Origin: Rhizophagus irregularis
Taxonomy: Eukaryota
Direction of reading: 5' to 3'
NCBI RefSeq assembly: GCF_026210795.1
Contig: NC_089433.1
Location: 5,518,001 to 5,582,000, forward strand
DNA length: 64,000 bases
Under the pieces are notes generated by a model. The model saw only the letters and a list, made by a program, of their open reading frames with translations, did no database searches and was not told the DNA's origin. Positions 1-15,927 of the stretch are shown here, piece after piece. Both the position numbers and the translations under genes were made by a program. Numbering within the stretch: the stretch's first letter is position 1; each line of letters begins with the position of its first letter.

Positions 1-428
1 TTTTTTGCTACTTGAAATCAAATAATTATTACAAAAAAGTAAAATTTTATACTAAGATTGAATGAAGTTGTGGATGATCTTTATATAGAAATCAGTTATC
101 ATTGTAACACAATCTTAGATCTACACTTGGGTCGGATATCTTTCATAATGTAAGTAAACTGGTTTAAAACTTATTGCTATAGTGATTACTAGTTTTGTTT
201 TTTTTAGAACACTCATATGGATTATTATCAAGCAAAAAAATCTTTAAATAAAAGGGTAAATTTTGAACTTTAATAGTATAAAAATTATTAATGCAATTTA
301 TTGATTTGTTCCTAGTAAATAATAAATAAAAGGGGTATTGTTTACATATATAATACATTGTATATATATAAAAGTTTATCCCGTATGTAATTTGTAAAAT
401 TTAACTAGCTGTTAATACATAAATTACT

Positions 429-1249
429 TTAAACAATGACCTGTCTTTCTGATAATGCCGAAGCAATTATATCTGTGACTTCTTTTAGTTCATTTCCAAG
501 ATCCAATAATACTCCTTAATATGATTATAGTCCGTTCGAAACAGAATTTAATTTAATTTTATTAAAATATTTTTTTTTTAAAAAAAAACAAAAAAGAATT
601 TTATATACAAAACAATCTTCTCACCAGTATTAGACCCCGAATCAGCTACCAAAGTAGTTATCAAAGGCGTATGATTAAATTGTACAATTTGAAAAAGGCC
701 AAATAAACTCACTATTGATTTATTCTTCTTCAAACCTAATTTTGATGCCTTAAAGATAATTAAGAAAAAGTAAATTAAATTTGCTTCTGACTTATTAAAG
801 AATATGCTATAATAAATAAATCCTTACCTGATCACTTACTACAGAAAATGTTGTTGATAACGCTGGTTCAAGAACTCTCGGTGATACATCATTTGATACA
901 GCTATTTAAATTTTAAAAAAAAGGTTATTTGTTATAGTTTTGTAAGAAAAAATAATAGAGGAAAGGAACAACAAGCACATTTTATTAATATAACGCCATC
1001 TCCGTCCGTGACGGTTACAGCTTTCAAACCGTCTATTCTATTGAAATAAGAGAATAATTTTGTTAAAAAAATTTTCAAATGGAAAAAATAAAGATAATAC
1101 GAGAAAAACTTGCCTAGTTAATAACTTATTAAAATAAGTTTGTAATTCCTTTAAGACAATATATATATTTATTTAAAAGCGTCAAGTATTATAAAAGAAA
1201 CCACAAATTACACGATATTCACAATAAAAATTGTAAATACCTCACCCAT
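429..1249 (-). CDS. LAMTOR3: Ragulator subunit LAMTOR3/MP1 (roadblock fold), 6 exons; missed by the ORF track
   Basis: Manual splicing gives MGE-ELQTYFNKLLTR-IDGLKAVTVTDGDGVILIK-SVSNDVSPRVLEPALSTTFSVVSDQ-ASKLGLKKNKSIVSLFGLFQIVQFNHTPLITTLVADSGSNTG-...ELKEVTDIIASALSERQVIV*. This matches the MP1 pattern GL.AI.V.D.DGV / DQ.SKLGL.KNKSI / Q.VQFN..PL / NTG. Confidence 0.9.
1038..1113 (-). other. GC-AG intron in LAMTOR3
   Basis: Donor AG|GCAAGT and acceptor TTTCAATAG|; removal gives in-frame LLTR-IDGLK. Confidence 0.8.
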
Positions 1250-1565
1250 TCTTTCGTTTCTTCTTTGGAATTAAAACGTGTAAATTTTATTTAATGTATT
1301 GAATATCGTAATTGAGGATGGTGAAGAATAATTTTTATAATTTTTAAAATGCTATGAAAGAACGCCAACTTCGTAAAAAATTGATCAAATATTACATAAT
1401 GTACATAATGTTGAACGTCATTACCATAAATCGAAACTAAAAAATCGAACACGTTTTTATCTAATCTAATCATATTACACAATACAGTAAGTATAAAAAT
1501 CTGGATAAAAATCTGGATCTGAAAAAAAAATCCATCTCAAATTGAATTTTCCTTCTTTAATAATT

Positions 1566-2868
1566 ATGTCTTCTCCAAGTAAAATATTACAAATAAGAGT
1601 TCCTTGTTCCTCGTCAAATATAGGACCAGGTTTTGATGTACTTGGAGTTACATTGTCATTATATTTAACCTTAACCGTTAAAATTCTACCAAAACATTCG
1701 AATTTACCGAATTTTAATGAACATATAGTATTAGCTTATAGTGGAGAAGGTAGCTCACATGTGCCATTATCAATTAACCAAAATTTAATCACTAAAACAG
1801 CGTTATTCGTACTAGCTTCACATAATATAAATGGATTTCCTTCGCCAATGATCATAAATATTAATAATGAAATTCCATTTGGTAGAGGTTTAGGTAGTAG
1901 TGGAGCAGCTGTAGTTGCTGGTGTGATTTTAGGAGATATAGCAGGAGATCTCAAATTAACTAAAGATAGATTATTAGATCATTGTTTAATGATTGAAAGA
2001 CATCCCGATAATGTTACTGCTGCTTTAATGGGTGGGTTTGTTGCATCTTATTTACGCGAATTGGATTCTAAAGACATCGAAGCTCCTGCTATTCCTCATT
2101 CGGAAACTCTTGAAGATGGAATAACTGCTAATGAGCAAGCAGTTAAACAAAAAGAACTAACAGTACCGAATGGGATAGGTCATTATATTAGATTAAAATG
2201 GGCTAAAGAAATTAAAGCTATTACTATTATTCCTCAATTCGAAGTTGCTACTGCTACTGCTAGAAGTGTATTGCCAAATACTTACGAAAGACAAGATGTG
2301 GTATGCTTTAATCTCTTTATATTGATAATTAAAGTATGATCTGTATGATCTTTTACTAAAAACTTTTCATTATAATCCTTTTTAGGTATTTAATTTACAG
2401 CGATTAGCTGTTTTAACAACTGCTCTTTCGCAGTCACCTCCAGATGCTGATTTGATATTTCAAGCGATGCAAGATAAAATACATCAACCATACCGTATGG
2501 AATTGGTAAGTAATTATATTAATTTTATATTTCAGCTTATATTAAGTTAATAATATGCAAAATATAATATATATCGAGACTTAATTTTGTACTGATTTGA
2601 TCTTTTTTTTTCAATGTATTTTTTAAAGATTCCTGGATTATCAGAAATTTTATCGAGTGTAAATCCAAAAACAGTTCCAGGATTTTTAGGCATATGTTTA
2701 AGTGGGGCAGGACCAACGATTTTAGCTTTAGCAGTTAATAATTTTGATTTAATTGCTGATAGAATAACAGAAGTTTTAAAAAGAAAAAAAGACACTCAAG
2801 TGATTGTAAAAACGTTAGATATCGTTGATGAAGGTGCTCAAGTTATTGAATTGACCGAAAGTAGTTAA
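1566..2868 (+). CDS. THR1: Homoserine kinase (GHMP family); exons about 1566-2300, 2386-2505, 2629-2868
   Basis: Motifs RVPCSSSNIGPGFDVLG, IPFGRGLGSSGAAVVAG, ERHPDNV, MQDKIHQPYR and LSGAGPT; GT-AG introns keep the frame. Confidence 0.96.
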
Positions 2869-3083
2869 AGTGATTGATTAAAAAATCATTATAGGTAGGA
2901 AGAATGTATTTTTTTATATTAAAAGTATTAGATTTAATAGAGAATTTTTTTTATAAAATATGCATATCATACCAAGGAATTATTATTATTAGAATATTTC
3001 ATTATAGAAAAATTGTAATTTTCATATTAGAGATATTTTAAGATATATATTTAAATAAAATTTTTATATACAGTTTAATTAAT

Positions 3084-4116
3084 TTACAAATCAGATCTAA
3101 CAAATTCACCAGGGCCATATGGTTTACTTGTTAAGGTAGTAAGACCAGATTTAGGTTCACAAGTAATACGACCAGACTGTGGTCCATGTTTTGGTATTTC
3201 ACCTTGTTTTAATGATTCTAATATTCTTATAGTTGTATCTGGTGTTAAATCCTCCTAAATTTACGATTAAAACATTTAATATATAATTTATATATGATTT
3301 AAAACAAAAAAAAATTGCTTTAATAGAACAGTAGTACTTACATAATAATCATCGTTAATAGTCAATACGGGAGCATTAACACAGGCACCAGCACATTCAA
3401 CTTCTACTAAAGTAAATAATTTGTCGGGAGTTGTTTCGCCCGGTTTAATTTTTAAATGATTTTTAATTGTTTCTAAAATTTCTGTTGACCCACATAATTG
3501 ACATGGTGTCGTTGTACAAAGTTGTAAAAAATATTTTCCGACTGGACTTCTATTTAAGATAAATTTAGAATTTAGTTTTAATAAAATTAATAGAAATATA
3601 TATATATTTATATACATACCGATTAAACATAGTATAAAAAGTGGCAACTTCATAAACACGCATAGGAGGCATTTCTAATAATTTAGCTACAGCATTCATA
3701 ACAGAGATACTCGTCCAACCTAATTGACGTTGACCTAAATCTAATAAAGGTATAACAGCAGCTTTTTTATATTGTGGTGGATAACGTGATATAATATCTT
3801 TCGCTCTTTTTAAACTATCTTCTGTAAATTCGAATGGAATCGACAAGTTATTTTCCGATGTATCTCGGTGCTATTTAAAATCAGGAATGGTGAACCGATA
3901 TTAATATTATTTTAAAAAAAAACTTTAAATTGTTAAAAATCTTACCAGAAATAATTGATCGGAAGTAGTAAAAGCACTGGCATGAAAAGGTCTTTTCGTT
4001 AACGCAACAGGAAAAGGTATTTTTACACCTTTTATAAATGATGTACTAGTTTTCAATACAGAACTAGTATTCAGATACCTTCTAGCAAGTATCCTAGAAG
4101 CAATCGCAAAATTCAT
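3084..4116 (-). CDS. NDUFV2: Complex I 24 kDa subunit ([2Fe-2S]) with mitochondrial presequence, 4 exons
   Basis: [46 protein letters not shown] and [11 protein letters not shown]. Confidence 0.96.
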
Positions 4117-4365
4117 TATTAAAATTAATTAAATATCTTTAATCTTTTCGAATAATCTTTTTTAATAAAAAAAAAAATGTATGATGATGCACCGTTACAT
4201 GATCAGAATGTAGGAATGTAGATCTCATCATAAACAAACATATATAAATATAACCTATCAGTATCATATTGGCAAAAAACAAAATGGGTCCGATATCATG
4301 TTCGTAATATATATATATATTTTTTTTAAACACATTTTTTTTTTACTTAATTGAATTTTTGATTT

Positions 4366-4934
4366 ATGATAGATATTCCAGTAGCAGATTTAAAACCAGA
4401 TCAACATCAAGTAAATTTAAAAGTAAAAGTAATAGCACAAATTATAATAGGAGAAGTAGATGATTATCCCAGTTAGTGTTAAGAAAGAAATGAAAGAAAT
4501 TCTTTTATTGTTAAAAAATTATGTTAATATTTTTTTTAATTTTACGTAGCTTGGACTAAAATTAAAGTAGCAGAAATTTTAATTGGAGATTCGACAGGAT
4601 GTATAATCATGAAAGCAATGAACGGTAGTTATATAAAAAAATCATACTTGAATAGTTTCAAACATCCAAATATTATATTTATGTTTATTTTTTTTTTATC
4701 AAAATATAAATAGATCAAATAAATTTATTGCAACCAAATACTACAGTAAATATTCATAATGCAAGAGTAGAAATGTATCGTGGATTTATGAGAATAGTAG
4801 TTGATCAAAATACCAGTGCAGAAATTACAATTGAAAATAATAACGAGAATAGTATTAATAATATTAATTTAGAAAAAAATCTATCCTTAGTAGAATATCA
4901 ATACGTTCCTCATGTTGTCTTAAACGGGGATTAA
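4366..4934 (+). CDS. Small single OB-fold nucleic-acid-binding protein (SSB-like), 3 exons
   Basis: Spliced MIDIPVADLKPDQHQVNLKVKV...KVAEILIGDSTGCIIMKA...LLQPNTTVNIHNARVEMYRGFMRIVVD; GD.TG.I and NA.V.M..G.MR are typical of stand-alone OB-fold SSB-like proteins. Confidence 0.8.
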
Positions 4935-4945
4935 ATAGGATATAA

Positions 4946-5099
4946 AATGAGTGGGATATTAAATAATGGGAATATTAAATGGGAATATAATATTAGATGG
5001 GAATATCAATCGGGAATATTAAATGGGAATATTAAATGGGAATATTAAATGGGAATATTAAATAGGAATATTAAATAGGAATATTAAATGAGAATATTA
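4946..5099. repeat. Minisatellite of the 13-bp unit AAATGGGAATATT (about 11 degenerate copies) between convergent 3' ends
   Basis: Directly visible tandem aaatgggaatatt/aaataggaatatt units. Confidence 0.9.
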
Positions 5100-5137
5100 C
5101 GGTAGAAGTTCACTAAATTAATCATGTAATAATATAT

Positions 5138-6262
5138 TTATGAATAAATAAAGTACCAACCAATGAAAATACCAGTTGATGCAACAATTATTTTTGTCCA
5201 TTTTGTCCAAAATAACATCCATAATGATCCAAATATTTTAATAACAAAATTTCCAACTACTTTTTTCATAAATCTCCATTTATCAATCTTAAAATTATAG
5301 TTAGTAAAAAAATTAATTTTATTATTATTATTATAATAATCAAGAGATTCGTAATTAATCGTGAATAAAGCAGAAACTGGTTTATGATCTGATGTAATAT
5401 AATCATTATTAGATGTATAATGATTCAATTTAATTGATTCGATACGGCTAGAAAAATATAATATTCTATCGCACCATCCAGGAATCCTTTTTGAAGAATT
5501 AAACTCTGTACTACCAACATAATATTTGTAAGTAGGAGGAAATTTTATTTCACCTTCTTGAAATCCATTAAACGCCTGCCCTTTTCTTTTTTCAATATTT
5601 AATTGGTCACGTTTTATTACCGTTTGATATTCATTTGTATTTAATAGATTCATTAAATGTTCTTTTTTTTCTGCTTTTATCTCTATACGATAGTTTAAAT
5701 CTCCAAAAAGAAATACGTAATCATTATCATATATTGTACTTTTATCAATAAATATTACTCTCTCAATAATACTCTTAAAATTCTTATTCCTTTCCACTAC
5801 ATTATGTGAATGTGGTGCTAAATGTGCACATATAAAACAGACTGATATTGTATCATTTATATTTAATCGAGCTACAATCGCTCCCTTGTTACCAGCCCAA
5901 ATTGGTCCAACTCCAACCTGTTCTACTTCTATACTCTTTATCTCATTTTTAATTTCTTCATTTCTTACATAAATTACTAATGCTAACCCATTGAATATAC
6001 TACTACTTATTTTAAAATATTGTTCATTTGTATAATTAAGTATTGCTTTTTCAATCATTTCCTCACAATGTTTTATTCTATTTTTATTATTAATATTTAA
6101 AAATGCATTTGGATATTCGTTAAATTCTTGAAATCCTATTGCAATTATATCGGGTTTTTCTGGTAGGGATTGTGATGTTGGAGGGAACAACCATGTTGTT
6201 AGATCTTTTTCTAATAATCTTTGATTTAAATTATATGTCCCTACTAATACAGTAAGTGACAT
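5138..6262 (-). CDS. Inositol polyphosphate 5-phosphatase, INP54-like, with hydrophobic C-terminal anchor; intronless
   Basis: GTYNL, IAIGFQE, GNKGAI, CAHLAPH, FLFGDLNYRI, FPPTYKY, PGWCDRIL and SDHKPV. Confidence 0.93.
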   Translation of the reverse strand: MSLTVLVGTYNLNQRLLEKDLTTWLFPPTSQSLPEKPDIIAIGFQEFNEYPNAFLNINNKNRIKHCEEMIEKAILNYTNEQYFKISSSIFNGLALVIYVRNEEIKNEIKSIEVEQVGVGPIWAGNKGAIVARLNINDTISVCFICAHLAPHSHNVVERNKNFKSIIERVIFIDKSTIYDNDYVFLFGDLNYRIEIKAEKKEHLMNLLNTNEYQTVIKRDQLNIEKRKGQAFNGFQEGEIKFPPTYKYYVGSTEFNSSKRIPGWCDRILYFSSRIESIKLNHYTSNNDYITSDHKPVSALFTINYESLDYYNNNNKINFFTNYNFKIDKWRFMKKVVGNFVIKIFGSLWMLFWTKWTKIIVASTGIFIGWYFIYS

Positions 6263-6445
6263 TTTTAAATTTAGTAGTAAAAAAGGGAATTCAGCAGCAA
6301 TCAGTTATCAGCATAACAGGATTTATAAAATCATATGAATATCACATGATTTAACTATCTTCTCTGGCCGGCGCGAAAATTACAAAAAGAATTATTTGGT
6401 CATAAATTTTGGTTTGTTCTTTTTTATTATTTAAAATTTTATAAA

Positions 6446-7690
6446 ATGAAAAGAAAAAGTGAAATAGTTAAAACTGAAACTAAAAGTCCTTATTTTAATA
6501 GTTCCATAAGTTCCATAAATGGAGAAAATAAGAATAACGCGCCATTCAAGGACGCGTTAAATAAAGATATAACCAAAGATATATTTGATACTTTACTGAC
6601 AAATAAATCAGAAACAAAGTCAAAAATTCGAGATATTACATCGATCAAACGAACAGGAAAAATATCCAAATATTTTAGATCAATCAAAAAGGGATTTACA
6701 AAAAATGCTAGTACTTACTCCGCTAAACATATCAAATTTTCTGAAGAAGAAGCTTTTCTTTTCATGAATAACTTATCCAATATAGACATTGATTTAAAAG
6801 TAGACTCAGAAGCAACAGAAGGATCTATTTCAGAGATTGAATATCCTTCAGAAAAAGATTTAAACTTCAATTTTGAAGAATCTAAAAGTGGTGGCGGTTC
6901 AAGACTTCCAACTATGGAAGAAGCTAAAAAAGCTGCATCAATCGAAATTAATTATGTTCCAAAATTTATTCCTATGCCATCTCCTTTTAATCTTGTACAA
7001 GAAACTTTATATTATGATCCATGGAAGGTAACGTTATCATTTTATTATAACTATTATTTATTCTTATCTTAATATTATAACTGACGCGATTTACACATAA
7101 AAGTTATTAATAGCAACAATGTTTTTAAATCGTACAAGAGGTTCACAAGCATTACCAATAATGTGGAAATTTTTAGAAGAATATCCAACTCCACAAAAAG
7201 CTGTTTTAGCTGATGTTCATACATTAGCTGATTTATTACGTCCATTAGGACTACAGTTAAGTATCTTTATTGAACTATTTATTTTGAAATAAGTGTTATT
7301 CAATAATAATGATTATTATTGATATTTAGAAATTCAAGAGCCGAAAGAATAATAAAATTTTCATATGCTTACTTGCTGAATTCAAATTTCAAAACTCCAA
7401 AAAATTTATTTGGTATGGGTAAATATGCAGAAGATAGTTGGAAATTATTCTGTGAAAAAGATGATAATTGGATGGAAGAATATGGTCTTGAACCCGAAGA
7501 TAAAATTTTACAATTGTATGTTAATTGGCGTAGACATCAATATAAAATTTCTAGAGTAAAGGAAGAAGAAAGAGATTTAGGATTGAATTCACCTAATAAT
7601 ATAGTAAAAAAATATGTAAGTGAAAACGAAAATTATCTTTCTTTACAGGAATTAAACAAGTTAGATACATTACCAACAACTGACTTATAA
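6446..7690 (+). CDS. MBD4: MBD4-like HhH-GPD mismatch (G:T/G:U) DNA glycosylase, 3 exons
   Basis: PSPFNLVQETLYYDPWK|LLIATMFLNRTRG...FLEEYPTP...LLRPLGLQ|..RAERI...LFGMGKYAEDSWKLF...PEDK matches the MBD4 catalytic domain. Confidence 0.9.
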
Positions 7691-8376
7691 GGATTCTTTA
7701 TTGGACGATACTTAGTATCATTTTTTGCGTAAGAGTAACAATACGCAATAGTATAATTCGCCATTTATGTGGAATATGCAAGACTTATATATACTGTTCA
7801 ATGAGGTTGAAAACTTAATATTTTCATTTTTGAATGTACATTTTTTTTTTTGCCATATGAATAAAATAGTAATATTATTAATTGGATTTTGTCAAATAAA
7901 GTTGCATTTATCATGTAATTGAGAGGACAGTGATTTGCTGTATAAAGAAAGCAGAGAATGTATTTAATTTCACATTAATTACTTAATATATTCTTAAAAT
8001 TTGATAATATTTGTAATATTCGCATGATTAATTGAATTGACTGAAGTTATTATTGATGCGGAGCAAATAATTCTCAGAACAAAAGTTTTAATATATGAGA
8101 TCGTAAATTTCAGATGAACAACAACAAAACTGGTTCTTAAGAATTCGATCTAGACCTGAGCCTACTGTTTTTCTGTTTTCTAACTTCATATAATAATTCT
8201 TGATAAGAACTTATTCTGAAAACCACATCGATGATCTACTTAAAAACACATTTCGATTTTTAAAGTTTACAATAAAATTATCATTGTTCTTTACAAGTAT
8301 GTAAATAGAGAATAATCATAATCTTTATTTTAGATTCAATGTATAAAAAATTAATTTATATTAATATCATGAATGA

Positions 8377-8807
8377 TTATTGATCTACTTGCATCTGTGA
8401 AGTTGTATCTTCTTATAAAAAAATTAACAAAATCAATTAAATTAACTGTTAAGAATTTAAAATAAATTAATTTTATTTTATTTAATTAATTTTGTTCACC
8501 TGTACGGATTTTCTCAATTATCATTTCTGCTCCTTCCATTCGGTGTTTTTGTTGCTGAAATACGATAAAAATAATAAATCATAATGTTCAATTTTTTTTT
8601 TTTCCAAGATAAAAATTATAGACTTACAAATTTAATTCGTCTATCAATTTTTTGTTGTTTCTTTTTAGATATACGTTTTCCATGAATCATAATTTCACTG
8701 GGTCGTAATTTGCCTGATGATTTTAAATTATTTATTTGTACTTTTCTACTTATTCGGTGTTTTTTTGTCAATTTATGAACTTTTCTTGGTGCATTGGTAT
8801 TACCCAT
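8377..8807 (-). CDS. Small Lys/Arg-rich protein of unknown function (about 90 aa, 3 exons), possibly nucleolar
   Basis: MGNTNAPRKVHKLTKKHRISRK..., then GTAAGT and GTGAAC donors with AG acceptors, ending ...QMQVDQ*; divergent from the polo kinase. Confidence 0.6.
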
Positions 8808-9098
8808 GGTTATGACTTTATTTATAATATTGGCGACGTTTGAAAAAGTTGAAAAACTTTTTTATATACACGTGAACATTTTCCAAAAATGGTATAAGAA
8901 TCCTGAAAAGTCATGAACCGCAGCTGATCAATTGATATTCGATCTATGGAATTTTTTGATTGGCTGCAATTTCTAGATTTGAAACGTATGACGTCAGTCT
9001 TTTTGTTTACATATCAATCATTCCCTTCGATTTGTTGTTGAGCAGCTCTTAAATTCTTCTCGTAGGAACTCTCCATGATAATTATATAATATATTATT

Positions 9099-12011
<2,913 letters not shown>

Positions 12012-12325
12012 ATTTGTAATTAATTTTTTATAATTTAAAATATAATTTAAATACATTTATGTGGAAAGTCGAATATTGGAATAATATGGTCTTTTAAACA
12101 ATGTATAATTCTTACAACCTCAAAATAAAGGAACTCAAGCAAGGCTTAGTGGGTAGAGAGTGGCTTTTTCCTTTTTGATTTCTCTAATAGCAATAAACTT
12201 TAAATCCTGTAACCTGCATAACGTTTTTGTAATACATAGATATCCAATAAATGCATAGCACGTAACTACTGAGAATAATAAAATATATATGATTGCTTTT
12301 TTTTTACTTTTTTATCTGACAGATA

Positions 12326-13237
12326 ATGGGGCAGATATTAGAAGAAACTGAAGCTAAACCATTAGTTCCTTCAACTGAGGGTACTTTAGAAATCCCTTTC
12401 AAAAGTATTTGTTTTATCATTATTTCTTTGTTTTAACATTCAGCTCTTTTTTTCTCGTAAAACATTAGAGGAAAACTCAAAAACAGAAGAAAAACCTACC
12501 GAAAAGGAAGAGCCAATTATTGTTAATAATTCAAACTTGATAGATTTGAAAAATGCATGTGACGATTATATTCAAAAGGTTTATATATATATTATTAACG
12601 AACTGGTTAAAATTTTAAATTAATTAGTAATAACAAATGCACATATATTTTTAACACGATTAGTTTTTCGTAAGTAAAGCTAACTTTCGTCAGAACAACA
12701 CTCATACTGATGTTAAGTTAGTGTTGGGATATTTAGCATGTGCTTTTGCCTTATCTGGCGGATATTATGGACATATAACACCATTCAATGAAGCAAAAGA
12801 AGTAACATTTATATGTATAATTGCGTATCCTTTATTTAATCTGAATTTTTGTCTTAATACAAAATCATATTCCCTTTAACTTAATAATTTAATAATTTAG
12901 ATATTTTGTATTGAATACACTACTTATTTTGTATTCTTTTATATATGAAAAGGAAATTATATTTGTAGGAAGCTGTGTGGAAAATGACAACAAATATACA
13001 ATTACAATTCAAACAAATACAAAAAGATATTCTGATATTTATAATATTATTTTTGAATATGTTGAAAAAGAAAAACAAGATTCATCTATTAAATTAAAAG
13101 ATTCTAAATATACAATTTCTAAATCTTTTGGAAATTGGTTTGATGTTAAAGGTGTAATGGATATTGAAAAGTTTGAAAGGGATTTATCTGAAGGATTAGA
13201 AATTGTTAAAACTGGAAATAAACCACATGAACAATGA
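12326..13237 (+). CDS. SPC2: Signal peptidase complex subunit 2, 4 exons
   Basis: NNSNLIDLKNACDDYI, HTDVKLVLGYLAC, two TM segments, EKEIIFVG and SKSFGNWFDVKG. Confidence 0.9.
12825..12900 (+). other. U12-type (minor spliceosome) GT-AG intron in SPC2
   Basis: 5' site GTATCCTTT; branch-like TCCCTTTAAC at 12871-12880; AG at 12899-12900; removal restores the frame (I-I-A-Y-F-V-L-N). Confidence 0.88.
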
Positions 13238-14053
13238 TGATGATTATTTTTTTTTTTTTAGAAAAAAAAAAGATTATTCGTGCCTTCGATTTTTACTTAT
13301 AAATTCTAATAAATATTATTCATCACCTAAAACTACACACATTTCATTTAATTTATTTCTAATATTTCTGAAATAGCCATTTTATTGGTTAAAATTATTC
13401 TTAAAGGAGGAAAAAGAAGAATAATAATTATGAATCTAAGAATGAAATATTGTTTTGTAAAAATTCTTCTACCAATTATTACAATTTAATGAAAAAAAAA
13501 GATATTTGGAAATTGAAGCAAATAATCTGGTTTTATTGATTTTTTTCTAAACTTGCAAAATTAATTAATTAATAAATACATACACAATATTTTTAACAAT
13601 TATCAAGGTTACAGGTAGTTTAACTTTCGTAGAAATTTATCTTCCATGATCAAAGTTCTCGTAATAGTTATTATATAATTTTTTGTGATAGATTTCTTTC
13701 AAATATTATCAGTTATAGAATTAGTTTTAAAGCAACTGAACCCAGTTTATTTTTTGAAATTAACTTATAAGAAATGTAACAATATTCCTAACCCTGAACC
13801 CTATAAATCTTAACTCTATTCTCTAATTTTAACCTCAGCTAAAAATTAATTAATAGCCACGATAAAATGCATATGCGCAAAAGATAAATTATCAAATTTT
13901 AAATTTAAACTAATAAATACGTATTTGGTATTTTACACCAAGAAACTTTGAATTATAACCAAACCAATCATCTATTGGAGTGATCGGGAAAATCGATCAA
14001 TATATTAAGAATAAATAATTATTTATTATCTTTAGTGTGATAGTGTCTATAAT

Positions 14054-15927
14054 TTATTTTAATTCTAATTTACTTTTAGTTTTATCATAAACCATATATG
14101 TAATCGCTGCTGCAGGCACAACCTATTAGCAGTAAAATTGTTAATACCATTATCAACCAAGAAAATCTATTCAGATAATATTAATTGTTAATTATTTACC
14201 TTCACTAATGCTGGTACCAACCCTTTGTAAAAACCACGTAATCTTTCATTACTATAAGTTTTTTTAATTACATCAAATGCTCCGGTATAAGTTTGTGGAT
14301 GTCCAGGGGTTCCTTGTGCTTGTAACCTAACAAAGAAAATAAAATAAAATCAAAATTTGATATCTTTGAATGTAAAAGAGTAATGATGTGTAAATTGATT
14401 ATTATACCGTGTTCTCACAAGCGCTAAAGGATATACAATAGACGCGCCAATAGATCCTGAAATCATACCGCAACCTAAAGAAACAAAAACACTCGATGCC
14501 TTTTCATTATGAAGAGTTTTTTCATGATTAATATAAGCCAATTTAAGACCTTCATAAACACTCATGTCCACTGCAGCATAAGGAAAAACACCAATTAAGG
14601 CCGGTAATAATCCTTTATAAAATGAACGAAGTCCTTGTGTTTTCCACATCTCACTCGCTGTTTTTAGAAAAACACTTCCACCAGGTGAGGTATTTAATGA
14701 TAAACCTGATGAACTCATAATACGAGTTTTCATTGTTTCTAAAGGATATATAACAAACTGCGATATAACACCACCAAGACCACCTGAAAGGAAACGTCCA
14801 GACATTCCTATCGAATCAGTATCCTTTGCTCCCATTAGGTTTGCAACAGCAACCTTAGATTGTTCATAAGCAAAGAATTTTATTGCACTTTCTGGTGCAA
14901 TTTTTGCAACATTTAATCCATTACCACGAAAAAAATTAACTAATCCCCCACTTAAATATATGCTTTTTATAGCATTAGTAATACTATTAGATGCGGGGGA
15001 CACTAATCTTTTTGATGCTTGCGTTTCACTTTGAACAATCATGTTTTTGACTGTATTCGTAAGAAGTTGAGGCGATATGGTTTGAATTTGAAGATAAACT
15101 TTAAGTCTATCAAATGGAGCTGTTGCAGTACGACTTACTGCACCAGCTATCGCACCAGCGAGAAGATATTTTGGATCAGTTGGTGGTATTATTACTTCGC
15201 CATCCATACTAACTTGGGCTATGACTTTATAGTATTCGAAAATTTCTGACATTGTTGTTTCCCGAGGAAGAAGCTGTAATTCCATAGAAATATGAATCTG
15301 GTAGTATCACCTGACGAATTGTATAAAAGAAAAGTTCTTACCAAAAGAAAATCTCTCCATTCAGAGAAATCAATAACACCATTTTGATCTTTATCCATAG
15401 TATTAATGAATCTCTTTAGTTCAGCCTGTGTACAATTAATGCCTTATAAATGATTCAATGGATTAGCAAGCAAATGCTAGATAAGAAAAAAAAAAGTTTG
15501 CGTCAATTTAACGAATTTGACTTTTACCAGATTTTCTTAATGCGATCTCTAATTCTTCAGGTTGTAACTTCATATCATTTGATTTGTCGATTTCTAAAAA
15601 TAATTTGAATAATTCTTTTTCTTTTTCCTCGACGAAAGCTTTAAATTCATTAAAATCCACTACACCATCCGATGATACATCACATCTCTGTAACAATTCT
15701 GAAGCATATTTCTTCTTTGAAGGATGATTTTTCAATCTATTAAGTCCTTTTAAAATATTTTTGCGTTCTAAAACACCAGTTTTATCATAATCCAATTCCT
15801 CAAATAATTTTCTGATACGCGAAATTCTTTCAATTTCGCTTTCTGAATTTTGTGATAAAGCGGATAGTGATGATATTGATGATGAATCACTATTCGCCGC
15901 AATTGTTGAGGCTGAAGTCGTTGACAT
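14054..15927 (-). CDS. SAL1: Ca2+-binding mitochondrial ATP-Mg/Pi carrier (EF hands plus carrier repeats)
   Basis: EF hands (LDYDKTG, DVSSDGVVDFNEF, DKDQNGVIDF); carrier motifs SRTATAPFDRLK, FRGNGLNVAKIAPESAIKF, YPLETMKTR and YPLALVRTR|LQAQGT. Confidence 0.95.

Noticed and set aside
8988..9041. Upstream ATG as the polo kinase start
   Set aside because: The frame closes after 17 codons; the ATG at 9099 runs in frame into the kinase domain.
13786..13840. Interstitial telomere repeat (cctaaccctgaacccta...)
   Set aside because: Only about two degenerate units; could be chance or an old remnant.
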